Shown here: positions 48,771 through 61,391 of the stretch, piece by piece
How the letters are laid out: each line of letters opens with the position of its first letter
How positions within the stretch are numbered: the stretch's first letter is position 1
Assembly (NCBI GenBank): GCA_028534125.1
Contig: CM052817.1
Span: forward strand, 35,156,001 to 35,220,000
Direction of reading: 5' to 3'
DNA length: 64,000 nucleotides
DNA from: Lama glama
Lineage: Eukaryota
The notes under the pieces: generated by a model
Told to the model about the DNA's origin: nothing
What the model saw: only the letters and a program-made list of their open reading frames with translations
The model's database searches: none
Translations under genes and position numbers: made by a program

Positions 48771-51125
48771 CAGGTGACTCACCGTCTTCAAGCCTTAGTT
48801 TCCTTGTCTATAAATAGGTTTAATGAGAGTGCCTACCATATAAGGTTTAAATATTATCTATCAAAAGGATTCTGGTATGTATTAAAGAAGCTAGCACATA
48901 TGCAGGGGACGTAGCAAGTGCTCAGTAAAATTTAGCCAGTATTGCTCCTTCCACTGTGACTACCACTATTATTACAATTATTACTACCACTATTCCTACT
49001 CTTCATTTTCTCTATTTTTCAATATGACCATCTAGAAGTGGGGAATGTGGGGGACATCAAATCCTGGCTGGCGACAAGGAACATCTGGGGCAACGCAGTG
49101 AGCAGGAGAGTGTCCGTTCTTAGCCTTCCTGGAAAAAGAATGAGAACAGGAGTTAAACTTCATGATTCAGTCAAAAGATTGACTTAGAAACTGTAAGAGA
49201 GCTTGGCCTAGTGCTGGTGTATCGTGTACATGCAACTGTGAGACATTAGGCAACGCTTCTTAAGCATCTGACGTGGACTTGTGCATGTATGTGTCTGTAA
49301 GAACAGCTGAGAGCCTGTGTGTGTATATAAACCATTTATAAAAACGCTTTCTAGAAAATGACACCAGTTACCTCTTCTTTCATCTGAGTCATAGCCTAGG
49401 GATCTGAGAAAAAAGTTTAGACAGGGTATTAAAAGGTCTGATTCCATTACTTTGAATGAAAAGTTTATCTCATAGCATCTTTAGGTGAACTTGGAAGTTC
49501 ATTTTGTAGCATAGGTCACAAAGTCCCTGAGGACAGGGAGATTGTGACATGTCTCATTTCCTTTCATATTCACATTCAGATCCTAAAACAAAGCCTCATA
49601 CTTCATCAAGTGGGTTGCTGCTGCACAGTGAAGGCTTACCCATCATTCCAGCTATTTAGCATCTCCAACACTCCCATATTGCAGCCCACGGGGCACTAGC
49701 ATCCTGTCTTCCTCTCCCACTGATCCGCCCAAACTCCATCTCACTCATGGGAAGGAATACTGGAGCCCTTCCACCACTCTGAAACACGGCAGCTGCCTGG
49801 CATGAGACTGTATTTAGTAGATCTGAATTCAGTTTCTCCCACGGCCACTTGTATGTGGGTGACTTTAAATAAGGTTATTTACCCCCTGAGTTTCTTCGCA
49901 GCAAATTTTGGTGATGAGATAATGAAAGTAAAACTTTCCACATGGTGTTGTCATCAAAGTAAGAGCTGGTGGCGGTGATGATGGTGATGATGACGATAAT
50001 GATGATTATTACCAAAGATCACACAGCCAGGAGGCTCACATCCAAGCATTTGCTTCTAAACCTCATGTGCTTTGTTACCATGCTGCTTGTTATTTGGCAA
50101 ATCTGATGATATGATTTGGTACTGAGTCTCCCCAGGTAGGTCTGGACCTGGTTGGGACCCTGCCCGCTGTCTTTCTGTAGTTCAGTTCAGAAGTACCAGC
50201 CAGAGGCCCCTTTCCTCCAGTGCTGGCTCTTCCTTTCTGCCGTTGGTCACTGATAAAACCTCCAGGTGGGACCGCTTTCTGGGGAGGAGAGAGAGTGAGG
50301 TGGGGTGCTTTCACCCCAGGAGAGCTGCCTGTGTGCCTGGCATCGAGGAGTGTGCCTGCCTTGCCTTACGGAGGGTGTGTGAATCTGCCTGCCCCTGTGA
50401 TTTCCTTCCCAGAGATAACTTAATTTCCAAGATCAAGTAAGGAACAGCTGGCTTCTGCAGTTCACCCAACCTATATTCCCAGTCAGGTAGAAGTCCAGAC
50501 TTCCTTGAAGTCCAGCCCTTCAACTGAAAAATGTTTATTGCTGGATACATACCACCAAAAGCTGCTCAGTGCATGAAGCCCATCGGAATCTTCCTAACAC
50601 ACATTTCTCCCCCTTTCTCTGAATTCCTAAAGAGTCTCGACAGAGAGACTATTCCCATAGTCCTGGTCAGCAATTCGAGTCCTTGTCAAGTCTTTATTTG
50701 AGATGCATGTATCTTTCTTCCAATTTGATTGCAATCTGAAAGAAGCTCTTGCCTCTTACTTCTAGATCTGCATGTTACTTAAAAAGTACTGGCTGGAAGA
50801 CTTACGAGGGTAAAGCTGATAGTGACAGCCTGTCAGGAGAAAGGCCCCTGCAGTTAAAATTCCTGTAGCAATCTTTGAGTTCTCCCAGTGAGTGGCTCTG
50901 AAACATTGTTGTGTTGGAGACATGCTCCCTTATTCCTTTGGGACCCTTCTGTCTACCCAGCTCCTTGGCTGACCCCTATCAGAAAAGGACCCCATTGCTG
51001 GAAGTGCTTTCTGAATGAGACAGTGAATGTGGATGGAGTCCCCTAAATCAGGAGGAGCAAGAAACTGAATTGCCAGAAGGAATCTTATCATCCTAATAAA
51101 ATGAAGCACATGATTTGCATTCCAG

Positions 51126-51261
51126 GTCCTTCAACTATTCTTTGGGAACCCGGGCGTTTTCCCATGACAGTATTTTTATCCCTGATGGGGGAGCAGAAAG
51201 TGAGCAGACAGTTCAAGCAATGTCACAGGACAACATCCTGGGCAAAGTCAAAACTCTTCAG
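51126..51261 (+). CDS. CRACD: CRACD exon (SFNYSLGTRAFSHDSIFIPDGGAESEQTVQAMSQDNILGKVKTLQ)
   Basis: ttccAG acceptor, CAG|GTAAGA donor, 136 nt. Matches recalled human residues 1-40 (MGTRAFSHDSIF...GKVKTLQ) except that Met1 is TTG at 51142-44. Confidence 0.95.
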
Positions 51262-54200
51262 GTAAGACAGCTTGAGATTGAAGGTCTGAGCCATAGGAAG
51301 GGGCCCATCTACGGAGGGAAGTGGGAAAAGTTCTGAACGTGGCCTTGAGTAATGGACTGGGAGGTCCAGGGGAAGCTCCTGCTGAGAAAATTTGCTTTCT
51401 CAAACCTGACTCAGTTTTCTGGAAGCCTGTCTCTGTCCACCTGTGAGAAGTACACTATCACCACTGTACCCACCTACATAACACCCCGTCTCCTTTTCTC
51501 CCAAGGTGCCCCCTTGTTTTTAACTGGACTTCATGGGACAAGTGCCCACGAGAAGCTGCAGGACTTGGGTGGGAGGAAAGAGCTAACTAAGTGTTGGCCG
51601 TGATCCCTGAGCACAGGGTTGACTGTGAGCTGACAGTGCACAGCAGGCGTTCCCTTTCCACGTCTCCATACTTGAACAGTGGATGGTGAGACACTTAATC
51701 ATCCTGTCGTGTTTGTAAATCTGGCTCCCCTGGGCAGCCCTGTCTCAGAGGGATGTCATGAAGCTCTCTCACCTCCCGCTCGTCCACACTGCAGGATTGG
51801 GCGGTTTTCCCACATGAAATTGACTCAGGTGGTAACTCCTTAATAATGAAAATATAATAAAATAATTCTTCACTAAATGCAGTTGAAATAGTGGGGAATC
51901 CAAGAGAAAAGCAAATCCGACTCTGCCAGGGTTGCCTGAATGCTGAGTAGAATCCATTCGCCCAACAGAAAGGCCTTCTCTGAGCTGGGGGTGTTTGGAG
52001 GCGATCCAGATTATGAATGGGGGCCACTCTGGCTTGCTGGTGTCCATCTGTCTCTGAGTCTCCAACAATGAATGAATAACTGAATGAATGAGCAAAACAA
52101 AGAGGATAAAGGGAACAGCTGGTTTGAGCTGCTGACACAATGAAGCACTGAACTCAAAGGCAATTTTCTGTTTTCTTGAAATGTTCTTGTTTCTACTGAC
52201 CGTTTGCTGAGTGTTTTGTGATCTGTGTTTGGTTACACAGTCCACACACACTCAGCTGAATCTAGCATATGGCCAGCTGGGGAATAGCCAACACCCTGGA
52301 ACCACACCCGGACTTGCCTCGATCTTTACACCCACTGCACCGCAGCCCCGGGGCCAGAGTCCTGCCCTCAGAACTAACCTAGACACTGCCTTCAAATTTC
52401 AGCGTTTCCTAACTAGGACACTGAGGGCCCATTCTTGGTTCTTGCTGGTTGCATTGCCCCATTTTATAGCTTCAGAAGAAAAAGTAAGCTGTCGCTTCTC
52501 ATTAGTTGGAGAAGAGAGATGGGTGGTGATGGCCAAAGAAAACCTTCACCTCCCCCACTCTTGTTTTTCCCTCTTGAAGTCTTTTGAGTCCTGGGATATT
52601 ATTCCTAAGAAGTTCTGAACCCTCAAAACATCCCCTTTCTAAGGGGGATGACTTACAGATTTCCATCTCCTAAACAGCTGTATTTTACAAGGGCCTTTCA
52701 AGGAGGTCTTTAAAAATTAGATAATGGCCTATTGTCTTAAAACGGTATCTGCTTTGTAACGTCACACCACATGGCCACTGCCACCCCAAGAAATGGATCT
52801 GGAGTTGTAAAAAATGGATAATTCTGCAGTATTGAAAATAGAGAAGCTCAGTTAAAATATGTAAATGCCTGTTGTTCGTATTAATGATATAAGGCATAAG
52901 TTTAAAGGATCTGATTTCGTAATGAATAAAATGGAAAGCAGCCGACCTCCCTGAAGTGACAATTCTGTTAACACAGGAGGAGAAATATGGGTGAAGCTAT
53001 CTGAGTGCTAATCGGAGTGCTCTCCTTTGAACAATAGCTACTCGGGTCTGCCTAATTTTGCTTCTGCTGCGTGGATTCACAGCTTCCTTATAGCTCTAGA
53101 GTTACATGTTTTTAAACAATAAAATAAGAGACTTTGCTCTTTGAGGAGGGGAATGGGGACCATTTTTGTAGCAAATGTGATTTTTTTGGAGTGACATAAG
53201 ATGTAACTGTATCACCCCCAAAAGACTGTGCTTTATTTTTCAGTCGACTAAGCAGTATGTTCCTGGTAAGTCGTAGCAATCGTAGTTAATTTTATTCCCT
53301 TGCATGGATGCTTTGCATTTTTCCATGGACACGTTATGCTGGTATTGATGCTCAGTAAGCAGCAGAGACTCCAGCATGGAATGAGGGTGTCTAGTTACGT
53401 CAGAGGCATGTATGTTTTTCACGTCTGAAATTGTCTTTGTGTATGTGTATGTTTATTAAAAAAGAGAGAGAGAGACAGAAGTCATAGATAACACCTATTT
53501 GACAGTAAATGTCCTAGCAAGCTGACAAGCCACCATTATTAAGAGATTCTTTTGAAATGAGATTTCTACTGGAATGCCATTAAAAAAAAAAAAACTGTTT
53601 TCCTCTGGCTTAAACTTACTAGCCCTTGGAAAGAACTGCGCCTGTAATGACTGCATTTGGAAAGGTTGCCCCCTAGTGTCCACATGTAGTCATCTCAGCT
53701 AGGACTGTTCTGTGTGGTACGGGTGGCGGTTAGTATCTGTCTCCTGAGTACAGAATGACTGAATACAGCATAAATCAGCCTACACTTTACTGAATAAAGT
53801 GAATCTACCACCTGCCAAAATTTCTGTGGCAAGCAACTGAACCTTTAAAAGAAAAAGTACCTTTTTTTCCCCTTGAGTGTAAAAATAATACATGTGCATA
53901 GTGAGAACAAATTTGAATATATGGAACAGTTATAGGGACAAAAGCCACAATGGTGTCCTTTTTGAGGACTCTATACATAACAGTTGTTCTGTGGCCAGTG
54001 GGGGAAATATAAAGCCCACGCCAGGCCTCCGCCACCATCTGGCTGTGTGGCCTCAGGGGAAGCCATTTAACTTCTCACCCTCATTTTCCCCATCCGAAAA
54101 ACAAGTGGATGCATGTGATGGATGATCTGAAGGGCCCCTCCTGTTCTTAAAATCTGCCATCAATAGAAGATCACCGTTCACCTGCTATAGCACGAGGTGG

Positions 54201-56070
54201 CTTTGTAAGCGCTGCATTTCATTGCATTTGGACCACAATGACCTTGATGTTCCCTGCAGATGCCCGGAGCATGGATCAGGGAGGTGCCTGTTTATTTCAG
54301 ATCAAACCAGGCTGTGAAGTCTGTGTGTACCTACTGATGATAAAACTCAGGAACGTCACAGTCTAAGCCTGCAGGTGATTTTTAGAATTAGACCACCCCT
54401 TTGTGAGAAAGTGCTCAGTCTGTTAGTCCACGGACTGTTTACCTCAGGAGGGAGAACCTCCATCTTCAGCAGCTGCCGTCTCCTGCTGAGCTGGATTTCA
54501 CTTTAAAATGCCAAAGAGTCTTTCCTTTGAGGATTCTGGCACCTCATGCAGCTGTCAAGGACACAAAGAATAAATACCTGCTCTTGGCCCCTTCTGCACA
54601 GAGTCGACGTCTTTAAATCTCTGTGCTTTCGCTTTTTCTTATTCTTCTAAATTCGTTTTAATTATGGGAGGATCTGTAGTTCACTCAAGAGGACAGCAAC
54701 TTTATTTTCCTTTGGCTTTGTTCTTACAGACGTGGTCTGAAGGCTGGCTGTGAAAAATCTGGGGAAATCTAAACTGGCAGTGTGAGAGCTGCAGAATATG
54801 ATGTGCTTGGAATTTCCACACCAGAGGGAAAAAGCCTCATAAATATGGATGTGCATTCCTATAACATCATTCTCCAGCATTCCATATTCCACCAAAATGG
54901 CCCAATTTGAATGAATAAAATACAGCTTTTTGCGCACATTCCACCCTAACAGTAACTCCATTCATAGCCACAAATAACGTGGACTCAGTCTAGGCACAGT
55001 GCTTCCACTCTCTCCTCGGGTTCTAATCTCAGTGCGTATAAAGAATCCATGGGTGTGCAAAGAAATATCTATATGTGGAGGGAGTGGTAATAGTTTATTT
55101 CTCTGAAAACTTAAGGGCAAGCTCATCTTAACAGTCTGGTTTTCAGTGACTTCTGGTATCACAGTTCTTCTCATGACAGTGAGTAGTGGGCAGAATAAAA
55201 ATCACCAAAAAGCCACATTTAGCTTTATATTCAGTTCACCCAACACCTGCGATTGCCAGATAGGATTTAGCAGTCACCTTTTAGCTGTCAGTAAACCACA
55301 CAAATTACCCGACAGCCCCGTCTCCTTTGAGTCAGCTGAAGGAAGCGTTCGGAGCAGGAACCATAGGGTGGGGAACTCGTGCAGGTGCAGAAGCCTTGGC
55401 CTCGAGAGCCTGAGCATCAGTCACCATGGCCTTGGACCTTCAGTCCTACCCGGCCTGTTCTGCTGTCTCATCCCTGACCACTGCAGGCTGTGTCAGGAAG
55501 ACAGCCCCTTGTCTGCGCAGAGAGGCGGCAGCCCTATCCCGGGATGGAGGCCGTCATTTTAGTGACCTGGGTCCCCCCTCCTCCCGAGCTCCCTAGCCAG
55601 CAGCCTGGATCTGTTTTCTTTAGAGGGATTTGCAATCAGCTGCCTTCTGGAGGTGCACGTCGTCATCCTCAAAGGCAACAGCATTGTGTTTCTTTTGCAG
55701 GATGAGCAGATCTGTGACGTAAATCACCGCTCTGATATGCACACGTTCTCATTCCCTCTCGCTCTCTCCCGCTTCCTCCTTCCGACCCCCCTCCCCGCCC
55801 CCTCCAGCGGTTGCACCTGCCTTCGGAGCTGCAGCTCCTCCCTGTGCCTCTTCGCTGCCCCCTGCACCCTCCCCTCAGTTTGCCTCTTTGACCCTCCGCT
55901 TCATTTGTTAACATCACTCTCCATTTCCCAGCTTAGTCCCGTGTGCCTTATTTCACCTGTTTTTATTGCATCTAGTTTTCCCCTCATTTTCTCTTTCATT
56001 TTCCATTTGTGGTCTTGATAGCCATCCCATCTGAGGAGTTTATTTCAGGCTGGCCTGTGATTAGATTTTG

Positions 56071-56072
<2 letters not shown>

Positions 56073-56110
<38 letters not shown>
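56073..56110. repeat. (TG)19 microsatellite
   Basis: Read directly; perfect repeat. Confidence 0.97.
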
Positions 56111-56113
<3 letters not shown>

Positions 56114-57402
56114 TGAGTGTCAGGTTGGACCAACATCAGTACTTTAAAATATGTGCTAATGAAGAAAAATATCAGCATGTTCATTCTTTTTTGTGGTGGT
56201 GGCAGAAATCCTAGCTAAATGGCCTTAGGGTAGTAAGTCAGGTTTTCCTTAGAAGCTCATTAAAGAATTACTCTTTCCATTATAAGTAGAAGAAATACCC
56301 TCATCTCAGTCCTTCAAGAGCATGGGTAGCTGTCAGACCCTGACAGCAGGAGGTCTCAGTTGAAGGAGATTCACAACAATTTTTACCTCTTAGCCAACAC
56401 GCCTAGAGAAGAGATAACTGGTCAACCAAAGGCTGGGCTGGGAGTCGCAGAAGGAACTCCTGCTCGGGCTGTCACTGGGATGCAGGGACTTGTCCCCCTT
56501 CTCCTGCCCAGGTCCCCGTCCCTCCCCCACAGGGCAGCAAGTGAGGCGGGCCAGGGGCTTTGTACACCTCGTCCTCTTGTCTAACACCATCGGCTGTCCT
56601 AACCGTGCCTGCTTACTGATCTGCTTAGAGTAGGTACTAACTGCTGCTTCCTGCTAAACTTGTTTTTAGAAGTTGCCCTTCCACAGCCTTCTCCTCCCCA
56701 AAACCCTTTTAGGTTGCTCAGGCTGTCCTTCACTGGCTGAACTCGGGCTGTGGACGTGTGCTCCCTCCCTGTGGGGCCAGGGGGCCAGGCTCCAGCTGAG
56801 ATGCCAGCAGACCCAATACAAGTCTTTGTCTCTCTGTGCTCCTGACTTGGCATGCCGGGGGGCCGGGGGGCCGGGGAGGGGGCCTGGGGCTCGTCTCTTT
56901 CATGTCTCTGCAGCCTCACTGCCCACCACGCAAGGCCGAGGGGGAGCTGGGTGAAGGTGGGTGGATTCCATACCCTTGAGTTCAGAGGGAAAAGGGACAT
57001 TTCCCTTGAGGGGTTCCTCTGCTGGGGAACTTCAGGAAGGTAGTAAAAATGCTGCTAATCTTTCTCTCTGTCCCGGTAAGACGAAGGAAGCACGATGTGA
57101 AATTTATGGGAACCAGTGGAGTACAAGAAAAATAACACCGAATGTTGTTTTTAGAAGACGTAGATTCAAATCCCTTTGGGGGCCACTCATTCTTTCCATA
57201 AGCTTGGGCCAGTCACCTCTCCCCGCTGGACCTCTGACGTTTTTTGTGAAGTGAGGACACTGGACGATGTGATTGCTAAGGTGTTTTGCAGCTTTGTAGG
57301 ATTAAATATTAGCCACATTAAAGAGAAATATCAGATCATGTACTCTTTTTTTTTCCTTTGAAACATAAAAAGACTATGAAACCCAAGTACCTCGATCTAG
57401 AA

Positions 57403-57610
57403 CAGTAGTTTTCAGCCAGAGGCAGTTTCACCCTCAAGGGGATATTGGACAGCATCTGGAGGCATGTTTGGTTGTCTAAAGTGAGGAGGGGTTGCTACTG
57501 GCATCTGGTGTCCAGAGGCCAGGGGTGACGCGAAACACCCTATAGCGCACAGGACAGCTCCCCACAGCAAAGAATCATCTGGCCAAAAATGTCAACAGTG
57601 CTGAGCCCTG
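57403..57610 (+). mobile_element. MER20 (hAT-Charlie) DNA transposon fossil
   Basis: tgctactggcatctggtgtccagaggccagggg...gcacaggacagctcccca...aaaatgtcaacagtgctgag, preceded by a tctaga-type target. Confidence 0.88.
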
Positions 57611-58033
57611 AGGTAGAGAAAGGCAGTAGTTAGTATAATACATTCAATTCAGTAGCCTTTCAGACGACCAGGACATCCCTCTTTTTCTTCCAGAGTCATT
57701 TGCTTTCTCTACCCATTAAATATTTTATATCTCATGTATCTAGCCCGTGAAATATCTTGCCCCTTCATAAGCTATTATGTTTATATATTTTTCCCCAGAG
57801 AATTCATTTCCTTTTTAGGTCTGGCTTTTCTCTAATTCTAAATACTATTTACCTTCCTAATTTCTATCCCCTGTGTTTCCTCCTTTCTCCCTAGCTATTC
57901 AGTGCCCTCCCACCAGGGATCAGCCCCTCTTTGGCCCTTCCTCCACTTGGCTCCTTCTGGCCCGTAGGTCACAGTAGGTAGCTGCCGCAAGGCAAAGGTG
58001 ACGTCCTAGTAGCAGGACAAGACTGCACTCACC

Positions 58034-58128
58034 TTTTTATTTTTATTTTTAGTGGAGGTACTAGGGATTGAACCCAGGACCCCGTGCGTGTTAAACATTC
58101 ACTCTACCACTGAGCCATGCCCTCTCCT
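58034..58128 (-). mobile_element. Vic-1-type SINE (short form)
   Basis: ggaggtactagggattgaacccaggacc...ctctaccactgagc. Both flanks start aagactgc. Confidence 0.85.
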
Positions 58129-58752
58129 TAAGACTGCTGTCCTCTTTTCTGTGAATTCAGCATCGATCATGGCAAGACTTGCGGACCCTGGGGCCTTCTT
58201 CCCCTCGCCAGCAGTACCCACTGTGACCCAGACATGATGTTCAAGCTAGGGGCTGGTGACGGAAGTAGATGAAACATAAGTATTCAAGAGGAGTGTGTCC
58301 AGAAGAGGCTGGAGGGTTCCCTTGTCTGTGCAGCCACAAGGGTGTTGATTTCCCCTAGTGGTTCCTGCATTTCATGAAACTATTTTCTATTCAGTTTTTG
58401 TACCTTTAAAAGACTTTGATATAAATTAATTTATAGGTTAATCAAAAAATTTTTGTCATATCCGACTTTTGGTTCAGAAATACGGTCTCTCTACCCTCCT
58501 GGAAATGTTGGCATCTCCAGGAAAGAGGTGGCTGGATGGCTCATGGCTCGAAGGTGGGAAAGAGAAGGAGAAGCTGTTAGACAGGATCGGTCACTGTGGG
58601 TGGCATCAGGGTTTGCTGGGGTGTTGTCTAGTCTAGAAACTAGCCCTGTACAGAGTACGCCTCAGGGCCTGCTGCGCACGCTGGGGAGCCGGGTCATGGT
58701 TATTGGGAGCCGCTTCACTGCTTCAGAACATCTCTCTTTCGTTTCTCTCCAG

Positions 58753-58917
58753 CGACAGCTGGGCAAGAACATCAAGTTTGGGCAGCCACCACCCACCGCC
58801 ATTCCCATGAAGAAGGCAGACAGTGGCGAGGCCCGCTTAGAAGAGGATCCATTCCTGACCAGTCCCATGGAAACTGTGACTCAGCAGGACAGCATCCTCT
58901 CTGACCCCGAGAACAAA
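58753..58917 (+). CDS. CRACD: CRACD exon (RQLGKNIKFGQPPPTAIPMKKADSGEARLEEDPFLTSPMETVTQQDSILSDPENK)
   Basis: Polypyrimidine tract plus cAG, donor AAA|GTAAGG, 165 nt, phase 0/0. Similar to human QQLGKNIKFGQ...LSDAENK. Confidence 0.96.
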
Positions 58918-60219
58918 GTAAGGCTCCTCCAGGGAATGACTCGGATGCTAATAAGTCCTGAAGGATGTTGGGCAGTCGACAGGAGCATCAGGAACCCAAG
59001 GTCTGCAGTGAGGGGCGTAAGGGGGGGTGGTTTCCCGATGAGTAGCCCAGGGCTGGAGGGGCACGTCCTGGGTGAGTGCCTGCCCCACAGTGGAGCCAGC
59101 GTGGAAGAGGGGGAGGCAGGGGAGACGTGCCCTTTCCACACACTCTTCTCACTGTCTTCCTCTTGGGTTAGCCCACCTCTTCTGGGAGCCTTGCCTGGCC
59201 TCACCCCCAAGCTGTCCTGTCCCCTCTGTGCCTTCGCTGTGCATCATTAGTGCCTCTTACACATTTGTTCTCTATCTGCATCTGTGCCCATGGAACTGTT
59301 TTCTCCCCATCTCAAAATGTCGAGTTCCTTGAGGACAGACTGGATCTTACACATCTGTCTCCCCAGGATGTAGCTACTGCTTACTTAGGAGCACTGAATA
59401 ATTACTTGTCAAGTTGGACTAATTTAAAGGGAAATGAGGAAAGAAAGAAGTATGTGCTCAATAAGATAGAACATATCACACAGACCAGCTTGAAGTCTGC
59501 TTAGTGTGGAAAGAAATTCACATTGGTCCAGCACCGTCCTCTCTGAATGTGGTCTTTTGACACTTTGGAAGAAACCCAGTGAGCGTATCCTGAAATAAGA
59601 GTCCAAGCAGCAGAAAGGATGCCCTCAGGCCTCTCTGGGAAAAGGAAGAGAAGTCCTTCCAGCAGCTAGATAAACTGTTCTCCCAGTGAGGCTCGGAGCC
59701 TTCCGTTCGTAGAGGAAAGCGTTCTCTGTGCTGAGCCTACCATGGTGCCTGAGATGATGCTGGGTGTTATTAAAATGTCCCTGGAGGAGGTCATGCTTCT
59801 TATCAGCTAATATGTCATAAGAGTAGTAAGAAAGATAAGCGACTTGTAGAGCAAAGGAAGGAGGAAAAAGGACAGTCTCCCCTGTGGGCCGTCTCTGCCT
59901 GGGCCGGACCCTGCTGACTCCTGGCTCCCACACATGTGGGTGGTGGGTGGGGTGGCGGGGGAAGCAGGTACGGGGCCCATCTCTCTCCCTGGGTCATCAT
60001 CACAGAAATGCTCCCTCCAACTCGGGTGCTAGGCAGCAGCGATGGCCACCAGCCTTGATTCAGGGATTTCCTACGGGCCAAAGCAAATGTCTTTCCTGTT
60101 ACTGAAGATCTAATAAGGGCAGGACACTGTGGCCTGGGGGAGAAGGAGGATCCTTGGTTCAGCAGGCGATACCCCGATACCCGGGCTGTGAGTCCCACAG
60201 AGATAAGCAGGATTAGGCC

Positions 60220-60800
60220 AGGGGCTGCCTCCGGGTAGTTTGCATTCTAATAAGAGGAGAGTCAGACAACAAGCAAGTCAACAAATAGAGACATCGCATG
60301 GTTTGGGATTAATAAAAATGCTACGTAGGAAGTAAAACAGGATAATTGAAAAGTGAGTGATGTGGTTGGAGAGAGGTTGCTTCTTTAGATAAGGAGGTCA
60401 GAACAGTGTAAGCAGATCTGGGGGAGCAGGGTGAGGGATGTTCTAGGCTGAAGGAAGAGCAGGTACATGGGCCCAGAGATGAGGCGGGCTTGTTCTGAAG
60501 GACGAACAGAAAGCAGGCCAGTGTGGACGAGGGCAGGGGTGGGTAGAGCACAATATGGAGGCTGGATTGTGTAGACCACTGGAGAAGGGGTGAATTCTGT
60601 TCAAAAAGTAATAGTAATTTTAATCAGGGTAGCGACATAATCTGATAAGTGTTTTCTAAAGATGCAACTAAGTGTGATGTAGAAAATGAGTTGAGGTAGA
60701 GCATGCTGATGTTAGGGCTCTGGAATGGACCGTGAGACCCTTTTGTAAAAATGGGTGATGCAAGAGAGAAGGTGTCGCTGGTGCAGATGACATGAGGTGT
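60220..60800 (-). mobile_element. L2 fragment
   Basis: gtttgcattctaataagaggagagtcagacaacaagcaagtcaacaaatag...gaaagcaggccagtgtgg. Confidence 0.65.
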
Positions 60801-61322
60801 GTGTACCCAGGGCAGACAAGGTGCATGGGGTGTGAATTGTCGGCCTTTTTCTTTTCCTTCCTTCCTTACGTTCCTTCCTTCCTGAGCTTTCTCGCCTCCT
60901 CTGGTCAGCCACCTTCTCAGCCCAGCCCCTGTGTACCATTGGAATGGCCCTCTTTCCTTCTTATGGAGAAGAGGTCTGGCAGATGAAGGGGGTGGGAGGC
61001 AGCCAGCAAAGCTGGAAGCTCTGAGGTTGGAGCTGGCTTCCCAGGTAGGGTGGCGGTAGGGCAGCACCCCAGATTCTCTCAGCAGTGGGGAAACACCTCA
61101 AGGGCGGCAGTTGGAGGCCACCTGGCTGGGAAACGTGTTGGCCCGGGGAAGAGGGGCGTGCACACTGAGCCTCAGGATCCCCTGAGATGGAGTCTGGACA
61201 TCAGCAGAGTCCCCTGCGTGGGGGAGGGGCGACCCTCGCCAGCACAGACAGTGAGTGCCTGGTTACCCGCCCGGCACTTCCTGTCCTAGCCTGTGACTGG
61301 AGCGCTCTCTCTACTGTTCCAG

Positions 61323-61391
61323 ACCAGTGAGACGTCAAGTTCTCCGAGTCCTCTGAACCTGCCTGGAGCCAGAAGTGAGATGGAAGAGAAG
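61323..61391 (+). CDS. CRACD: CRACD exon (TSETSSSPSPLNLPGARSEMEEK)
   Basis: ctgttccAG acceptor, AAG|GTAATA donor, 69 nt, phase 0/0. Similar to human SSDTPSSLSPLNLPGAGSEMEEK. Confidence 0.93.

Noticed and set aside
58453..59250. 265-aa ORF, the longest in the track
   Set aside because: Only 58753-58917 is CRACD-like and bounded by splice sites. The ORF starts at a TTG and its flanks look like chance-open GC-rich intron.
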